A stretch of 46,493 nt of DNA from Craspedostauros australis (GCA_030167865.1 JALAGF010001455.1:62001-108493); one strand, 5' to 3'; shown: positions 1-12,400, counted from the first letter of the stretch. Translations and numbers: made by a program. Notes: a model not told the origin generated them from the letters alone.

Positions 1-2
1 CG

Positions 3-1574
3 GTCGCCGCCGTCTACGCTTACGCGGCCATCATTGCCCTCACGACTCCAGTCCCAACGGCATTGCTCCACACCGCCTTCGTCGCGGGATGCCTCCAGGT
101 CCCCGTCTCGGCATTGGGACTGGCCTACGATCCCATCGTCACATGCGTCGGGGCCATCGCCGCTGGCTACGGTCTGCAGGACGTCGCCCACTACCTGTGC
201 GATGAGAAGACCATGATGTCCTCGTACATCGGCACCAACCCAGCCATGCTCATCGTCCACACCCTCTGGCTCATGCCGCTGGTCATCGATTCCGTCCTCA
301 TGCGTCACTTCTTCCTCCCGAAGATCGTCAACCGCAATCGCAACATTGTGTGCGACGTCGCCTCTCGCAAGGCCGTCGAGGATCTCCGCAACTTCATCAA
401 CGAGAACGTGGAGGAGAAGCCGGAGACCACCCACCTGTGGCCGCATGACCACAAGGCCATCGACAAGGCCTCCACCGATTTGGAGAACGATGCCGGCGTC
501 ATGGCGGGATTCCGCAAAATCTTCGCGCCGCAGCACTTCGACGTCAAGCCCGTCGTCGGCATGAACGAGATCTACGTCACCGCCGTGGGTGCCATCAAGG
601 AGATCACCTCCGATGCGGTCTTCTACACACCGCACACCGACGGTCCCTACTGGTTCCTCCCAGGCGCATCTCTCTACCGCGTCCTGGTCGGCGTCACCCC
701 CAACACCATGGTCCGCACCAATTTCAACCTGCAGCACGAGACCGAGAGTCAGATTCTGGACATGTACGGAGTGGTCGGATTCGATTACAACCGCGAGCTG
801 CACTGGATCGACCACGTCCCAGGCGAGAAGAACAAGGAACGCCGATCGCTGCTCAAGCTGCATTACATCGTCTACCCCAAGGGATGGCACCGTTACGGCG
901 CTCTCTGCGCCTATTTCAACACTTCCTACAACACGTGGGCCCGATCCAACTTTCTCCTCACCCTGCGCCCAAAGACCGCCTACGAAAACACAGTCGCTTG
1001 GTGGATCTGGATCACCACGTGGAGCAACTCCATGTTCGAGATGTACATCGGTTGGAGCAACGTCGTCTATCTGCTCGGATGCTTCGCCCTCGGACCAACT
1101 CCATTCCTGGTCCTCACATCCTTCCGTCACTACGCCGTCTACATCACCACCTTCGCCTACCGCAAGCCAGCCGTCGCGCACGGTTACCTCATGCGCGATG
1201 CCAAGTTCTTCAAGACCGTCGCCCTGATGCACCTGTCCCGTCGTCTGCTGCCACTCGTGGAGCTCCCATCCGACATTCCAGGCGTCCTCCTCGCCGCCAC
1301 AGGCTTCTCCATCACCATCCTTGCCACCGTCCGTCTGGGCATGGTCCGCACCTACTTCGGTTCGGAGCTCGACTTCGTCAAGCCAGAATGGATCAACGGA
1401 TTCCCGTACGGCACCATCCCACACCCCATGATCGTCGGCCAGCTCATCGCCTACAGCTCCATCCTCACGTGGTTCTGGGACAAGCTGACCACAGAGACCG
1501 TCGCTCTGATCGGTGCGCATATGTCGTGTTATGTCACCCACATGGTCCAGGAGATGCTCACCTCTAGCTACTAA
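3..1574 (+). CDS. 5'-truncated multi-domain membrane enzyme: Mpo1/DUF962-like TM segment + 2OG-Fe(II) oxygenase-like domain + PEMT/phospholipid methyltransferase-like C-terminal domain
   Basis: The frame is open from nt 3 (VAAVYAYAAII...) to TAA at 1572-1574 with strong GC3 bias, so the true start lies outside the window. Motifs: GYGLQDVAHYLCDEK (165-209); FYTPHTDGP (HxD at 633-641) ... ELHWIDH (H at 801) ... ERRSLLKLHY; RTYFGSEL...GFPYGTIPHPMIVGQ (PEMT-type FPY...HPM). The CDS is secure; the domain names are motif-based. Confidence 0.75.
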   Translation, partial: VAAVYAYAAIIALTTPVPTALLHTAFVAGCLQVPVSALGLAYDPIVTCVGAIAAGYGLQDVAHYLCDEKTMMSSYIGTNPAMLIVHTLWLMPLVIDSVLMRHFFLPKIVNRNRNIVCDVASRKAVEDLRNFINENVEEKPETTHLWPHDHKAIDKASTDLENDAGVMAGFRKIFAPQHFDVKPVVGMNEIYVTAVGAIKEITSDAVFYTPHTDGPYWFLPGASLYRVLVGVTPNTMVRTNFNLQHETESQILDMYGVVGFDYNRELHWIDHVPGEKNKERRSLLKLHYIVYPKGWHRYGALCAYFNTSYNTWARSNFLLTLRPKTAYENTVAWWIWITTWSNSMFEMYIGWSNVVYLLGCFALGPTPFLVLTSFRHYAVYITTFAYRKPAVAHGYLMRDAKFFKTVALMHLSRRLLPLVELPSDIPGVLLAATGFSITILATVRLGMVRTYFGSELDFVKPEWINGFPYGTIPHPMIVGQLIAYSSILTWFWDKLTTETVALIGAHMSCYVTHMVQEMLTSSY

Positions 1575-2948
1575 AGAGACAGATAGACAGACCGCAACGA
1601 ATTATATCAGAAAGCAGAGGGGTCTGACGCGTATTTGAGCGAGAGTGAAAGTCACTTTCATGTCAGGCCTTGTTGCTGATGTTATTGTTCCATCTTCTCC
1701 TTGCGAGTACGCGGACATCAGAAGACTCTTTGTCGCATTATTATTATCAGTATCCAAGAGACAAGCATTTAACAATTTAATCTATTTGAACATACCACAG
1801 AGTTGAGTGGGGCAGAGCAATTGATTGCTGAGGATGGTGCGTTACGGAGTGCTGTCCGAAGTAATGATTCTTGTGGTGTTCTCGCAGAACGAAGATTTCG
1901 AAAATGTTCCGCTCACTCGCAGAAATTGAGCGATGTGACCAACATGATGAACCCCAGGCAAGGATCGAACTCAAAAGCATCACACGACATCATAACCTTG
2001 CTTCTTCTTCTTCCACCATACATATTGACAGAGCTTGGAAGATGTTGTGGGAAATGCCAAACACCTGCATCATGGAGACAGCATCGGAGGTGGCCAGAAA
2101 GAAAGATGGATGGAGATGATCAGTGCTCATGTGGTGGCAATCCTTAGATAGTCAGGTCCCAGTGTTCCAGGTCTTCCTCTCTCACGAACGGAGCACAGGC
2201 TGGCCCTCACCGATGAAGCTGGACAAGGAGAAGCAACAGGCACCAGTTGCTCCAACCATTGGTTCCCAAGCTTGAGTTCCACCACTTGGATAGTCCAATG
2301 CCCACTGTGAGCAGATTGATGCATGCTGCTGCACCAGAGACAAGTGAGAGCATAGTGAATTGTATAATACGATGCAATCCTTGACACCCTATCTCTGATC
2401 TAAAAAGGGAATGCAAGGAGCCTCACCACACCCTATGTTATCCCAACTATTCTATGATGCAACTGATCAGGAGATGATCGGCATGTACCACAAGCTATCA
2501 CAGGCTTTGGCCAAAGATACCATTCTGGGGACGTACGTGCGCGATACACCCAAATGAGCAGACACACGAACAAACTCAATCTCCCACCGACACGATCGAC
2601 TTTTTCCAACGGAAATGCCGTGGTTGCCAACAACAAAGACAGTACACAGAACGCAACACAGTACGATTCGGCAAAATGGCGGACCGCGCACCCTCCTCCT
2701 CACTTTCGTGGACTGTCTCTGCGCGCGTCCCTGTTGACGAGAAAAGGAAGAGCTCCTCCCATCCTCACTTCTCACTCCTGACATTGGTATTGGCATCGGC
2801 ATCGACAGGCACAGACGACATCAACCACCACCCGATCACTATTCTATGACTCTGTCTCTGTCCAGAGAGAGCAGATAACACATTAGCAGCACAAGAACGA
2901 CACAAGAACGGTCAGCCATATTGGCGCGCACATTCAGAACAGCCAGCC

Positions 2949-5900
2949 ATGGTGGACGAGAAGGATCAGGCCGGACCGGGCGAAGAGGCCGCCGCCAACG
3001 ACGAGACCGCGAACAAACGGGCGGATGCCTCCGACGACGCGGCCGGCAAACCGACGCAGCCGGCCAAGGTCACGTTCAACAACACGCCCGCTGCCGCCAC
3101 GCCCAACAAGGAGACGGCACGTGCGCGTCGCCGCCGCGAAGAGGCCGTGCGGCGGCTCGTGGCGGACATCCAGGTGCGATCCGACACCAAGTACGCAGCC
3201 GGAGGCGTTCCGGCGCAGCAGGACTGGGTCGTGGCGTCCACCGTGGCTGCGGCGCTGGAGCGCGGCCTGGATCGCGATCTGCATCACGAGCTCGTGCTGG
3301 AGGCCAAGGAGAATTCGGCCAAGATCGGCCAGGTCTGCCACGACCATTCGGACGTCTTCCTGGCCTCCGTGGGCAAGGTGGTGGCCTTGGGCGGACCGTC
3401 CGCGGATCTGGCCAACAAGCTCAACACGTCGCAGGAGGAGCTCGACGCAAAGACGGCCGGTCCGATGATGCAGACGGCGCAGCTGTGGGAGGATGCCAAG
3501 GACTCAAACGCCAGAGCGCAGGCCCTGTACATCATGGTCAACGCCTGCCAGAAGGTGGCCACGTGGTTGGAACGCGCACGGAAGCAGGCATCGTTGGGGC
3601 GCCCGCGTGCGGCGTTGGAGGCAGTGGACGAAGCACGTCGTGCGTTGACGTCGCCCATGTCCTCCTTGTTTTACGGAACCTCCATGGAGCACGCGGCGCA
3701 GCTGCTCAAGGAGGCCACGCAGGAGAAGAAGAAGCAGTACGAGCATCTCGGCGGCGCGGGTCCCGGCGGCATTGCGGAAGACGAGAAGAAGGACGACTCC
3801 AACGGCGGCGGCAGCAAGAGCGTCATCAGCCTGGAGGAGACGCCCTTCGGCCGCAGGGCCATCCTCATGCTGCCCAAGATAGAGAACGAGGTGCTCATGG
3901 GTGCAAGGCGCGGACTCAATCGTTGGTTCCTGGCCTTGCGCAGCGGCGGTGACGGCGCCAAGGCGGGACGTGCCATCCTGCGCAAGTGCGCGCACAGCAT
4001 CGCCGTCGGTCCTGGACAGCTGGGATTGGGCGGCACGGTGCCCCCGTCCTACCTGTGGAGAGCCAAGGTTTGCGATAACCTCATTGCGCGCGTGGGACAG
4101 AACGGCCGCGTTGTGCGTGCTGTGCGTTTGGGATACTGGTTCGAACGCGACGGCACGAAGGAGGCGACGCGTTTGGAGGGTGGCAGCAAGATCGGGATGA
4201 ACCGCCGAGCGGAGGCGTTCGCTTCGGCCTTTGGCTGGTACCGGTGCTGGGAGGAAACGGCCACGTTGCTAGTGGATTCTGCCGACTTTGCCTCGGGCGA
4301 TCTCAGTGCGGGCCGCGTCGGTCTCTCCGGCAGTCGCCATGGCATGGGTGGCAGTCGGCACGGTCTTGGCGGCAGCCGACACGGAAAGGGAAGGACCCTG
4401 GGATTCAAGGCCAGCCGTCAGTCGCAGACCAGAGGCCTGGAGCTTGGCGCTTCGTCCTTGCAAAACAAGAGCAAGGAGAAGGGCAAGAGCAAGTGGGCAG
4501 AGCTCCTCACACCTGCCATCTTGTTCGAAGACACACCCACGAGGTGAGTACCACAACTTGTTCCCTACGGTGGTATTCTGCATATGCTTATTTCTGTGCA
4601 GTGCTGTGCATTACCGTGGGGTGTCGCGGATGGCGTCCGTTATCGGTGGTGCCGTCATCGGTGGTGCCTGCGATAGTGTTGTCATGTTGTGTTGCAGCAC
4701 CTTGATCCATGTGCCTGTTTTGCCATTTTTCTGGCTACTTTGCTCCACCATCTTGTGCACTACTAACGCATTCACAAATTCATCACAACGATACTATTGG
4801 TACACGAGCAGGAAGGATGACGATGCCAAATTTGCAGGCCTTGCAGAATCCGTTCACCCCGTCAGACGAGCCGAAATCGCATTCAAGTTGCTGGGCCGTG
4901 CCGAGGAGTTCGTGGAGTACTACGAGACCAACCGTTTCGGTGACATGAAGATCGGTGGCAACAAGAACGACACCGACGAGGCCAACGAAGTCCGCAGCTC
5001 CCTCTCTTCCCTCACCGGTGACGACGTCAGCGTGGGAACCGACAGGATCTTCTTCGCCAAGAGCCTGTCGCACCTTTGCGCCAGCGTCGTGGGATTCAGC
5101 GCCGTCGAGGCGTCGTTGGAATTGGGAAATTTCGAGGAAGACGAGGATGAGACCAAGGATAAGAAGAGCAAATCCGGCGACAACATCCCAACGGCAGGTT
5201 CCTCCGTGACAATCGCAAGCCGCTTCCGAGAATCTTCCGAACGGTACGAACGCGCCTTGGTCACGGAGTTGGGCAACCTCATGCGAAAGCGCGCCATCAA
5301 CGGCAACCTTGGCGAGCTGGTGCGCGCATCGTGTCTCATGGCCGCCTTCCGCACCGCCCTCAAGGTCACGCACCCGAGCTCCTCCACGCGCCGCAGCGAC
5401 AAGAGCCTCCTCGCCATGGACGTGGACATCCTCATGACGGCGCTCAAGGTGACGCAAGACGAACAGCTGCAGGCAACCTCCGCGATTGTCGGGCAGGATC
5501 GCAAGGAGCCGCTGATCGCCGACTACCGCTACCCATCCAGGAAGGACGGCAGCAACATCCCCGATCCCGAGGAGGTCGGTTTGCCCTTCGGTCTCAAGGA
5601 CCTCAAGCAGCCGGTCCGCAGCAACGACAGCATCAATGATCTCAGCCGATCGCACAACAGCTTTCGGAGCGCGGGCAGCGGTGCGACAGGCACGGACGAA
5701 TACTACACATTCTCGCAGTCGGTGCCGCTCGTCCTGCGTTCCATCCATGCGAGGGCCATCGCGTGCGCTGCATTCGCGCTGAGCCAGGAAGAGCTGGGGC
5801 AGATCTTTGCGCAGAAGAGAGGCAGCGGCGCTGCCTGCTACGTGCTGGATTGCGTAGAGGAATGCGTCAACGTTGCTGCCGTCGGCATGAAGGATGCCGA

Positions 5901-6753
5901 CAACACGGTCGATGAAGGGTCGATCGACAAGGCCGTGCAGGTGATGGCCAACATCGCCGCCCTGCAAAGCTGCTTGCCACGTCTCTTCGGAACGCTGATG
6001 AGAGGCATGTGCCACGTCGGCATGATCCGATCCGACCAGATGGAGGAGACCTTCGAGTACGCCGAATCCACGCTGAAGGGCGCTGACAAGGCATGTGACA
6101 ACCAGGTCGGTGGCATGTACAGTTTGGTTTACGAGATCTGCCGCAACAAGATCGACGCGCACTTGAACTACGCCCTGGATGGATTCAACTGGATCGCGAA
6201 GACGGCCCGCACCAACCCCAACGCTTACTGCGAGGGTCTGGTCGGCTACCTGGGCGGCGTGTTTGCGTCGCTCGGTCCCATGGATGAAGGATCGAGAGCG
6301 GGTCTGCACTTCTCCTGCTGCGGCCACATCAACGAGCGGTTGGTGAAGATCCTGACGGACCGACCGGAGGAGGTCAGCGGCCTGCAGGACTCCGTGCCAC
6401 CCGTCACGCGCATTGATGCCTATGGTCTCAAGAATCTGGGACGCGACGTGGAGGCCTTTGAGGAATTCGCCATGAGCACGGGCGTGCCGGAGCTGAAGGA
6501 ATGCTTCCAGGAATTGAAGTGCCTCACCAGCATCATGGTCGACAACGAGCTGCCGTATCTGATCAAGTCCGAAAATGCGGCCGAGCGCAAGCGACGGTAC
6601 CCGCTGATCAGCCTGCCCAAGATCGGCAACATCTTGGAGAAGTACGTCGGTGCTGGAATGAGTCTGCTAGGTGGAAAATCGACGGCGGACCTCCTCGTTC
6701 TGGACAAGAAGGAAATCTCGACGTTGCTTCGTCTGGTCCGACAGCAGTGCTGA
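2949..6753 (+). CDS. SEC15: Exocyst complex component Sec15/EXOC6 (2 exons, ~1178 aa)
   Basis: Exons 2949-4543 and 4812-6753; the intron 4544-4811 (GTGAGT...CAG, phase 2) joins the 532-aa and 821-aa ORFs in frame. Sec15-like segments: [68 protein letters not shown]. Confidence 0.85.
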
Positions 6754-7067
6754 GACTACTCGGACGAGTAGTCGTATGACGCACATACCAAATAGCAAGC
6801 GACTGCTCTCCTATTACGAGTAGAGTACTACAGTACATTGCTTCGCCATCACTAAGCGTAGTTGTCAGCATCGACGATTGTTAAGCTGCCTGTTCCTGCA
6901 CAAGTACGAGTATCAGCGGTGTGACAGGATTGCACATCTGAGGGTGTCCGTAGTACTTGGACGAATGATGCGATACAAGTACACTGATTAATAATGTGAC
7001 GTATTGGTTGTTTTCATGCCCATGCCCATGTTCATTTACATGCACAGGCACATCCGCATGCCTGCGC

Positions 7068-7937
7068 TTAGTTGGCAACACCTGGCAGCAGACCCGCCAA
7101 CTGATCGACATTCTCGCACAGAACGGCAAAGGGAGCCGTTCGCAACTTCTCCTCGCTGTTGCTGCCCCACAGCACGCCGATGGATGGCATGCCGGCATTG
7201 TGCGCCGCACCGCCGTCGCTGGAGCTGTCCCCAACGTAGACGCAATCCGATGGCGTCACCTTCAATTCCGCACAAACCTGCAGCAGACCGTCCGGCGATG
7301 GCTTGGGATTCGGGACGCTGTCCGCGCCCTGGACGGAGCCAAATCGCTGGTACAGTTCCTCGTCGCCGACCGAATTGACCTTCAAAACGGCGTGCGCGTA
7401 TGCCACGCAGGCATTCGTCAAGGCACCCAGCTGCACGTTGGACGGCAATCGTTGCAGGATCTCGGCAATGCCAGGATAGAATGCCGCCGTCGTGGTGTCC
7501 ACCAATGCCACGTAGTATTCATCGAATTCCGCACCGAGCTGCTCTCCCACGGTCTCAAAGTCGTCGGCATCGGGCATCAGCCCGACGTGCCTCGCGAGCC
7601 GTTCCGGTGTGGCGTATCGACATCCCTCGTGGTACTCCGCCACCGTGATGTCCGATTTGCCGTGATTCTGGAGCACGACGTTGGTGGCGTCGTATCCCAG
7701 TTTCCAGGAATCGGCCAAGGTGCCATCGATGTCGAAGATGACGGCCTTGACGTTCTGGAAGGATTGCGTGCTTGTCGTTTCTGTCTCTGTGGCAGAGAGG
7801 GAGATCTCAGTACGAGTACGAGTACTCGTACTGCCATGCGGTATCATGGTGCAAGAGGTTGCTGCTGGAATGGTGGTGAAAGCCGTTGCGCCCGTGACAA
7901 GGAGGAATGGCAGGATGTGTCGGAGTTGCATGAGCAT
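7068..7937 (-). CDS. Plastid-targeted HAD-superfamily hydrolase, phosphoglycolate phosphatase-like (~289 aa)
   Basis: Likely start ATG at 7937 (or 7931). Signal peptide MLMQLRHILPFLLVTGATA|FTT followed by a Thr/Ser-rich transit peptide. HAD motifs: FDIDGTLADS, LTN, KPSPDG, VGDSSSDG. Confidence 0.85.
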   Translation of the reverse strand: MLMQLRHILPFLLVTGATAFTTIPAATSCTMIPHGSTSTRTRTEISLSATETETTSTQSFQNVKAVIFDIDGTLADSWKLGYDATNVVLQNHGKSDITVAEYHEGCRYATPERLARHVGLMPDADDFETVGEQLGAEFDEYYVALVDTTTAAFYPGIAEILQRLPSNVQLGALTNACVAYAHAVLKVNSVGDEELYQRFGSVQGADSVPNPKPSPDGLLQVCAELKVTPSDCVYVGDSSSDGGAAHNAGMPSIGVLWGSNSEEKLRTAPFAVLCENVDQLAGLLPGVAN

Positions 7938-9466
7938 TGGATTGTAGTAGGTATAGTAGGTATGTATAGGTGCGGTACGGGTGGTGTTGCAGGGTGGTGT
8001 GAAGCCAAGGTGGATGGATGAATAGATGAATGAGATGGAGTGCAAGCATTCGGACTCCAGGAGGATTGAGATGGAGAGCACAGGTCCTCCTGAAGAGCAA
8101 CACTCGCCGACGATCTCTTGCTTGGGCGTGTGCACGCGAAACACGTTGGCGGCTCGTGTCCAATCCCCCCAACAAACGTCATCTTCGTGTTTTGCAGAAT
8201 GTCTGTTTGTTGTTTTATCCACGACTAGAAGTGTATTTCTGTCGGATTTGCACGGCGTTCGTCTGTTTTGAATAGGAATATATAGACATATATGGCTGTC
8301 TGTTTCTGTAGGTCGTGTCTGTGTCCGTTTGTGCCTGTTTTTGTCTGTTTGTAACATATGATTGCAGCGAATCTGCTTCGGTTCTTCTAAATTCTTCGAA
8401 GTGGTTCGGGTTGTCAAGTTCGTCATTCTTGATTGGTCCGATCTTGTTCGTCTTCGATTTGCTGTCGTCGTCGTCCGACAGAGACGTGTTCCATGTCGTA
8501 TGCGACACGAGGCAGCAAGGGAATGACGAGCGAAGTGGTGAGACGCGTACGTACGTTGCAATTGGTGGTTCAACCTTGGCGAGACGAACCTCGCTGTTTG
8601 TGTTGGGCACGAAATGTGTTGTCTGAAGTTGACACACGAACGTGAGCTGATGGATGAGCCGATTCATTTCACAAGCGCGCGACAACACACGACGATCATC
8701 GTCGTCACCTTTTTGCGAACACAGAGGTTCCGTGTGAAGACGCACTGACGCCATCAGCGAGTGATGCGATTGGTACGGACGATTGGTTCGACTGGAGCGC
8801 ACGATCGTGACGAAGCGAAGTTTGTTGACGTCGATGAAGATCCATCACGAAGCTGTGCGTCTCATTGGTGGCATCAGTGTTCCGAACAGTAGCGCGAGGA
8901 GTAGTTTGTGGTAGTTTCAGTAACCCCTTGCAGTGGCGCAAGTACGTTTCCGCGCACGTGTACGATTGTGCCACACACCTCATCTCGCCCCAACCAAGGA
9001 CAAACAGGCAATGGATGGATGTGGAGACGCACAAGGAGGAGAACGAAAGATACTCTGCTCCCACTCAACACAAATTTCATCCGTCGTGGCTTTGGGCATT
9101 CACAGGAATCAAGCACCGCTATCCGTGCTGCCATCTGCACCACACAGGACGGACATCAGATTGACACCATTGGCGATCAGACAAGCCGGCGGCATTCCTT
9201 CTTTCTTGTTGCTCCCTTCCCTCTTCCCTCCGATAATCGCTGTCGCTATCATTGTTAGTGTCGTTGTCGTCGAAGGTGCAAGCAAGAAGTAGTGTGGATC
9301 AGGATACAGAGCCAACCGCCCTGTCACATCATCCACGGGCATCGAACCAACTGGTTTCTCAATCTCGGTCTCAAGTCTGCTTCGTCGGAGATCGACGGAC
9401 GGATCGGCAGAGCTCTCGGAATCCTCTTCAGTGCATCATCTCTTCCAGCTGCATTGCACTGCCACG

Positions 9467-12400
9467 ATGAGGTCTCCTGCAGAGCTGTGGGAGGACGCCA
9501 GGACCTTCCTGGACGATGAATCGGAATATGTCTCCCTCGGCATCCGCGTCCTCGTGGCGTTCATCGTCATTTGGTATTCCAGCAAGGCCACCCAGTGAGT
9601 CAAGCTTGTACAGAGAACTCATAGAGCGAAGTGTTCCGGAGCAGCGCAGCCACGATACTGTCGGTGTTGCGGAGCTCACCATCAAACATTGCAATGTACC
9701 ATCCTGCGCTCTGCCAGAATGGATTGGCCAGAGCGTGCTCGCACTTTGCACGTGCCAACTCAACTGTCTTCGACTCTCAACTCATCGTTCATTTCTTGTT
9801 CTCTATTTCAATGCACAATACACGATCGGACCATAAACCGCATTGCAACGCGCCAGATCGACGAGATTCTTCTCCGGACTTTGCGCCGCCGCCACCATCG
9901 GCTTCTTGGCGCACACCTTCCTCGAACCGATGTTCCTGGAGATGGGAACGGAACTCGCCGTCGTCGCCCTCTGGATTTTGATCATCAACGCTGCAGCCGT
10001 CGGAATGTCGTTGGGCGTCATGCTGCCAACAGTTCTTCCTGGCCTGTGCTTTGGATTGCTTGGCACCGTCATGGCTGGCGTCTTCATCGACATGTACGGC
10101 ACCAACTACTTCGCCATCGTGGCATGCATTGCAAGTGTCCTCTGCGGAATCATTGGTTCCAGGTACGTTCATTTTACCCATGATTTTTGATGAGCTTGAT
10201 AGAGCATGCGTTACCGAATGCGCACCTTTGACTCATGGAACACGCACTCTCACTCTCACATATACATTCACACACATTCACATGCATGCACACACGCAAA
10301 CATTCAACCAACAATGCACATTGGCACACTTGCAATTGACAAATTATTTCGACGCACGAGCAGACTCGAAGCGAGAGCCGTAGTCACGTACACCACTGTG
10401 CTAACCGCTGGATGCTGCGCAGCTTGCTTGGTGATGCAATCGGCCGCCGAAATCTGCCGCTCCATCATTGTCGGAGAGGCGCCAACAAACGCCGTGGATG
10501 TCTTTGGAGGCGGAAATGGCGTCGCCTTGGTTTGGCTTGCGGCATCGCTGCTCGTCATCACCGTCATCGGATACCGCGAAAAGGGATTCGACTGCCTCAA
10601 ACTCAGTCTCGCCAACCGCCACGGATACTCCCGTGTTCCGACCACCGATAATGGCGCCTCCACCAAATCCGCATCCACGCAGCTCCCGCAGCACCTCATC
10701 TCGCCGCCACCAACCGACGTCTTCAACATGTTCGACCCGCCGAATCTTCCACCACGTCTCGGAGAATACGCGCACATGGTCTACTCGGCATGCGAGGAGC
10801 TCGGCAACTTCTTCGGTTTCCAGGACTCCTCCGTGCGCAACCAGGCCGAACACGTTCTCATCCTGCTCAGCAACAACCGCCGATACATGAACACCCGCGT
10901 CCTCGAAAGCGAATTCCAACCACCCAGCCCCATCCACGCATTGCATTACAAAGTCTTTTCCAACTACGGAACGTGGTGCAAGGCCATGGGAGTTTCGCCC
11001 AACTTCTCGCGCATGAGCACGTCCATGGCGGCACCACCCGCCATCGCCTGTCGTGTCGTCGATCTCGTCCTGTACTTCTGCATCTGGGGTGAAGGCTCCA
11101 ACCTGAGGCACATGTCGGAATGCACCTGGTTCCTCTACCACAAAATGATGGAGGAGTACATGCGCAGCGAAGGTCACACCGAATCCCGCAGCCTCTACGC
11201 TGGTCACTACCTCGACCACGTCGTGCAGCCCATTTACGATATCGTTCAGAAGGTGAGCGCACACATTTTGGGCCTATGTGCGTGCGTGCGTGTGCGTGTG
11301 TGTGTGAAAATGATGACGCCGTTCGTTCTTTTCCTCTTCACTATGCGATCGATTGATTTGAGACGAGGATGTTGCATCACTTTCACTCCTCCGTGATTTT
11401 GCACTTGGCACTGTGCATTCTTTTGAAATGAAATGAAGCGCGTTGGTATTTCCCAGCATGTCCTATCCCACACCTCCTCACGCATCCGTTCGGTTCCGTC
11501 ATCACCCACTGCCACCACGAACAACAACAACAACAACAAAATCACGATGAACAAATTGCAGAACATGAAAAAGACGAACAAGGATCACGACGAGCGTCGC
11601 AACTACGACGATTTCAATGAATTCTTCTGGTCAACGCAGTGCCTGCAGTACCGCTACTCCACCGTCGACCCATCCGAAGCGGATGACATCGAATACACCG
11701 GACTCACGGGACCGTTGCCGGGCGAATTTCAACCACCCATCACCGAAGCATTGGAGCATTCGCCAAAGACATTCCTGGAGAAGAGATCGTGGTTGCGTGG
11801 CGTCCTCGCCCTCAACCGCATCCTCGAATGGCACATCGTCACGTTCTACCTGCTGTCAGTAGCCGCATTTGCAAAGGAATTGGTCTGGGGCTGGAGCTAC
11901 ACCACGCAGGTTGCCAGCGGTGTGTTCTGGGTCTTCAACCTCTGCCATCTCTGCTGGGCTCTCCTCGAGGTGTGGGGAAGCTACCCGGGCATCGCGCTCA
12001 ACATCACCGAAGTCGGCGGTTCCGTCCTGGTGATCTCGGCACGATTCTTGGGATTGGTGTACCAAACCTTGTACGTCATGTGGGCATTCTCCCCCAAGAC
12101 GAACACGCTGTTGGGCGTCGAAGCCGATTCCACCTACTGGTGGTGGCAGTACATCTGGCTGTCCCTCATCATCATGATCCCATACGCCTTCGAGATGCTC
12201 CTCCAGATCTTCCCAAGGCTCTCCACCAGCCTTTACACCAGCCAAAATGATATCGTCCAGTCCTTCCTCAACGTGCTCTACCCGCTCAGCCGTCTGTACG
12301 TCGGCAAGCGAGTTCACGAATCGCTCCGCAACAGCATCGTGTACACCTTCTTCTGGGTCACCCTGCTGGCGTGGAAGCTCTTCTTCTCTTTCATCTTCGA

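Noticed and set aside
4783-6327. 514-aa antisense ORF
   Set aside because: Shadow of the GC3-biased Sec15 exon 2, with no recognisable motifs.
6996-8021. 341-aa + strand ORF
   Set aside because: Antisense to the HAD hydrolase, which carries clear catalytic motifs.
7938-8573. N-terminal 212 aa of the 501-aa HAD ORF
   Set aside because: It starts at a non-ATG codon and reads like UTR or intergenic sequence; a proper signal peptide begins at 7937/7931.
11519-11540. (AAC)n microsatellite read as poly-Asn at the start of the 1767-aa ORF
   Set aside because: It lies in intron 3 of the glucan synthase. Similar simple repeats (e.g. ~16850-16880) are ordinary non-coding microsatellites.
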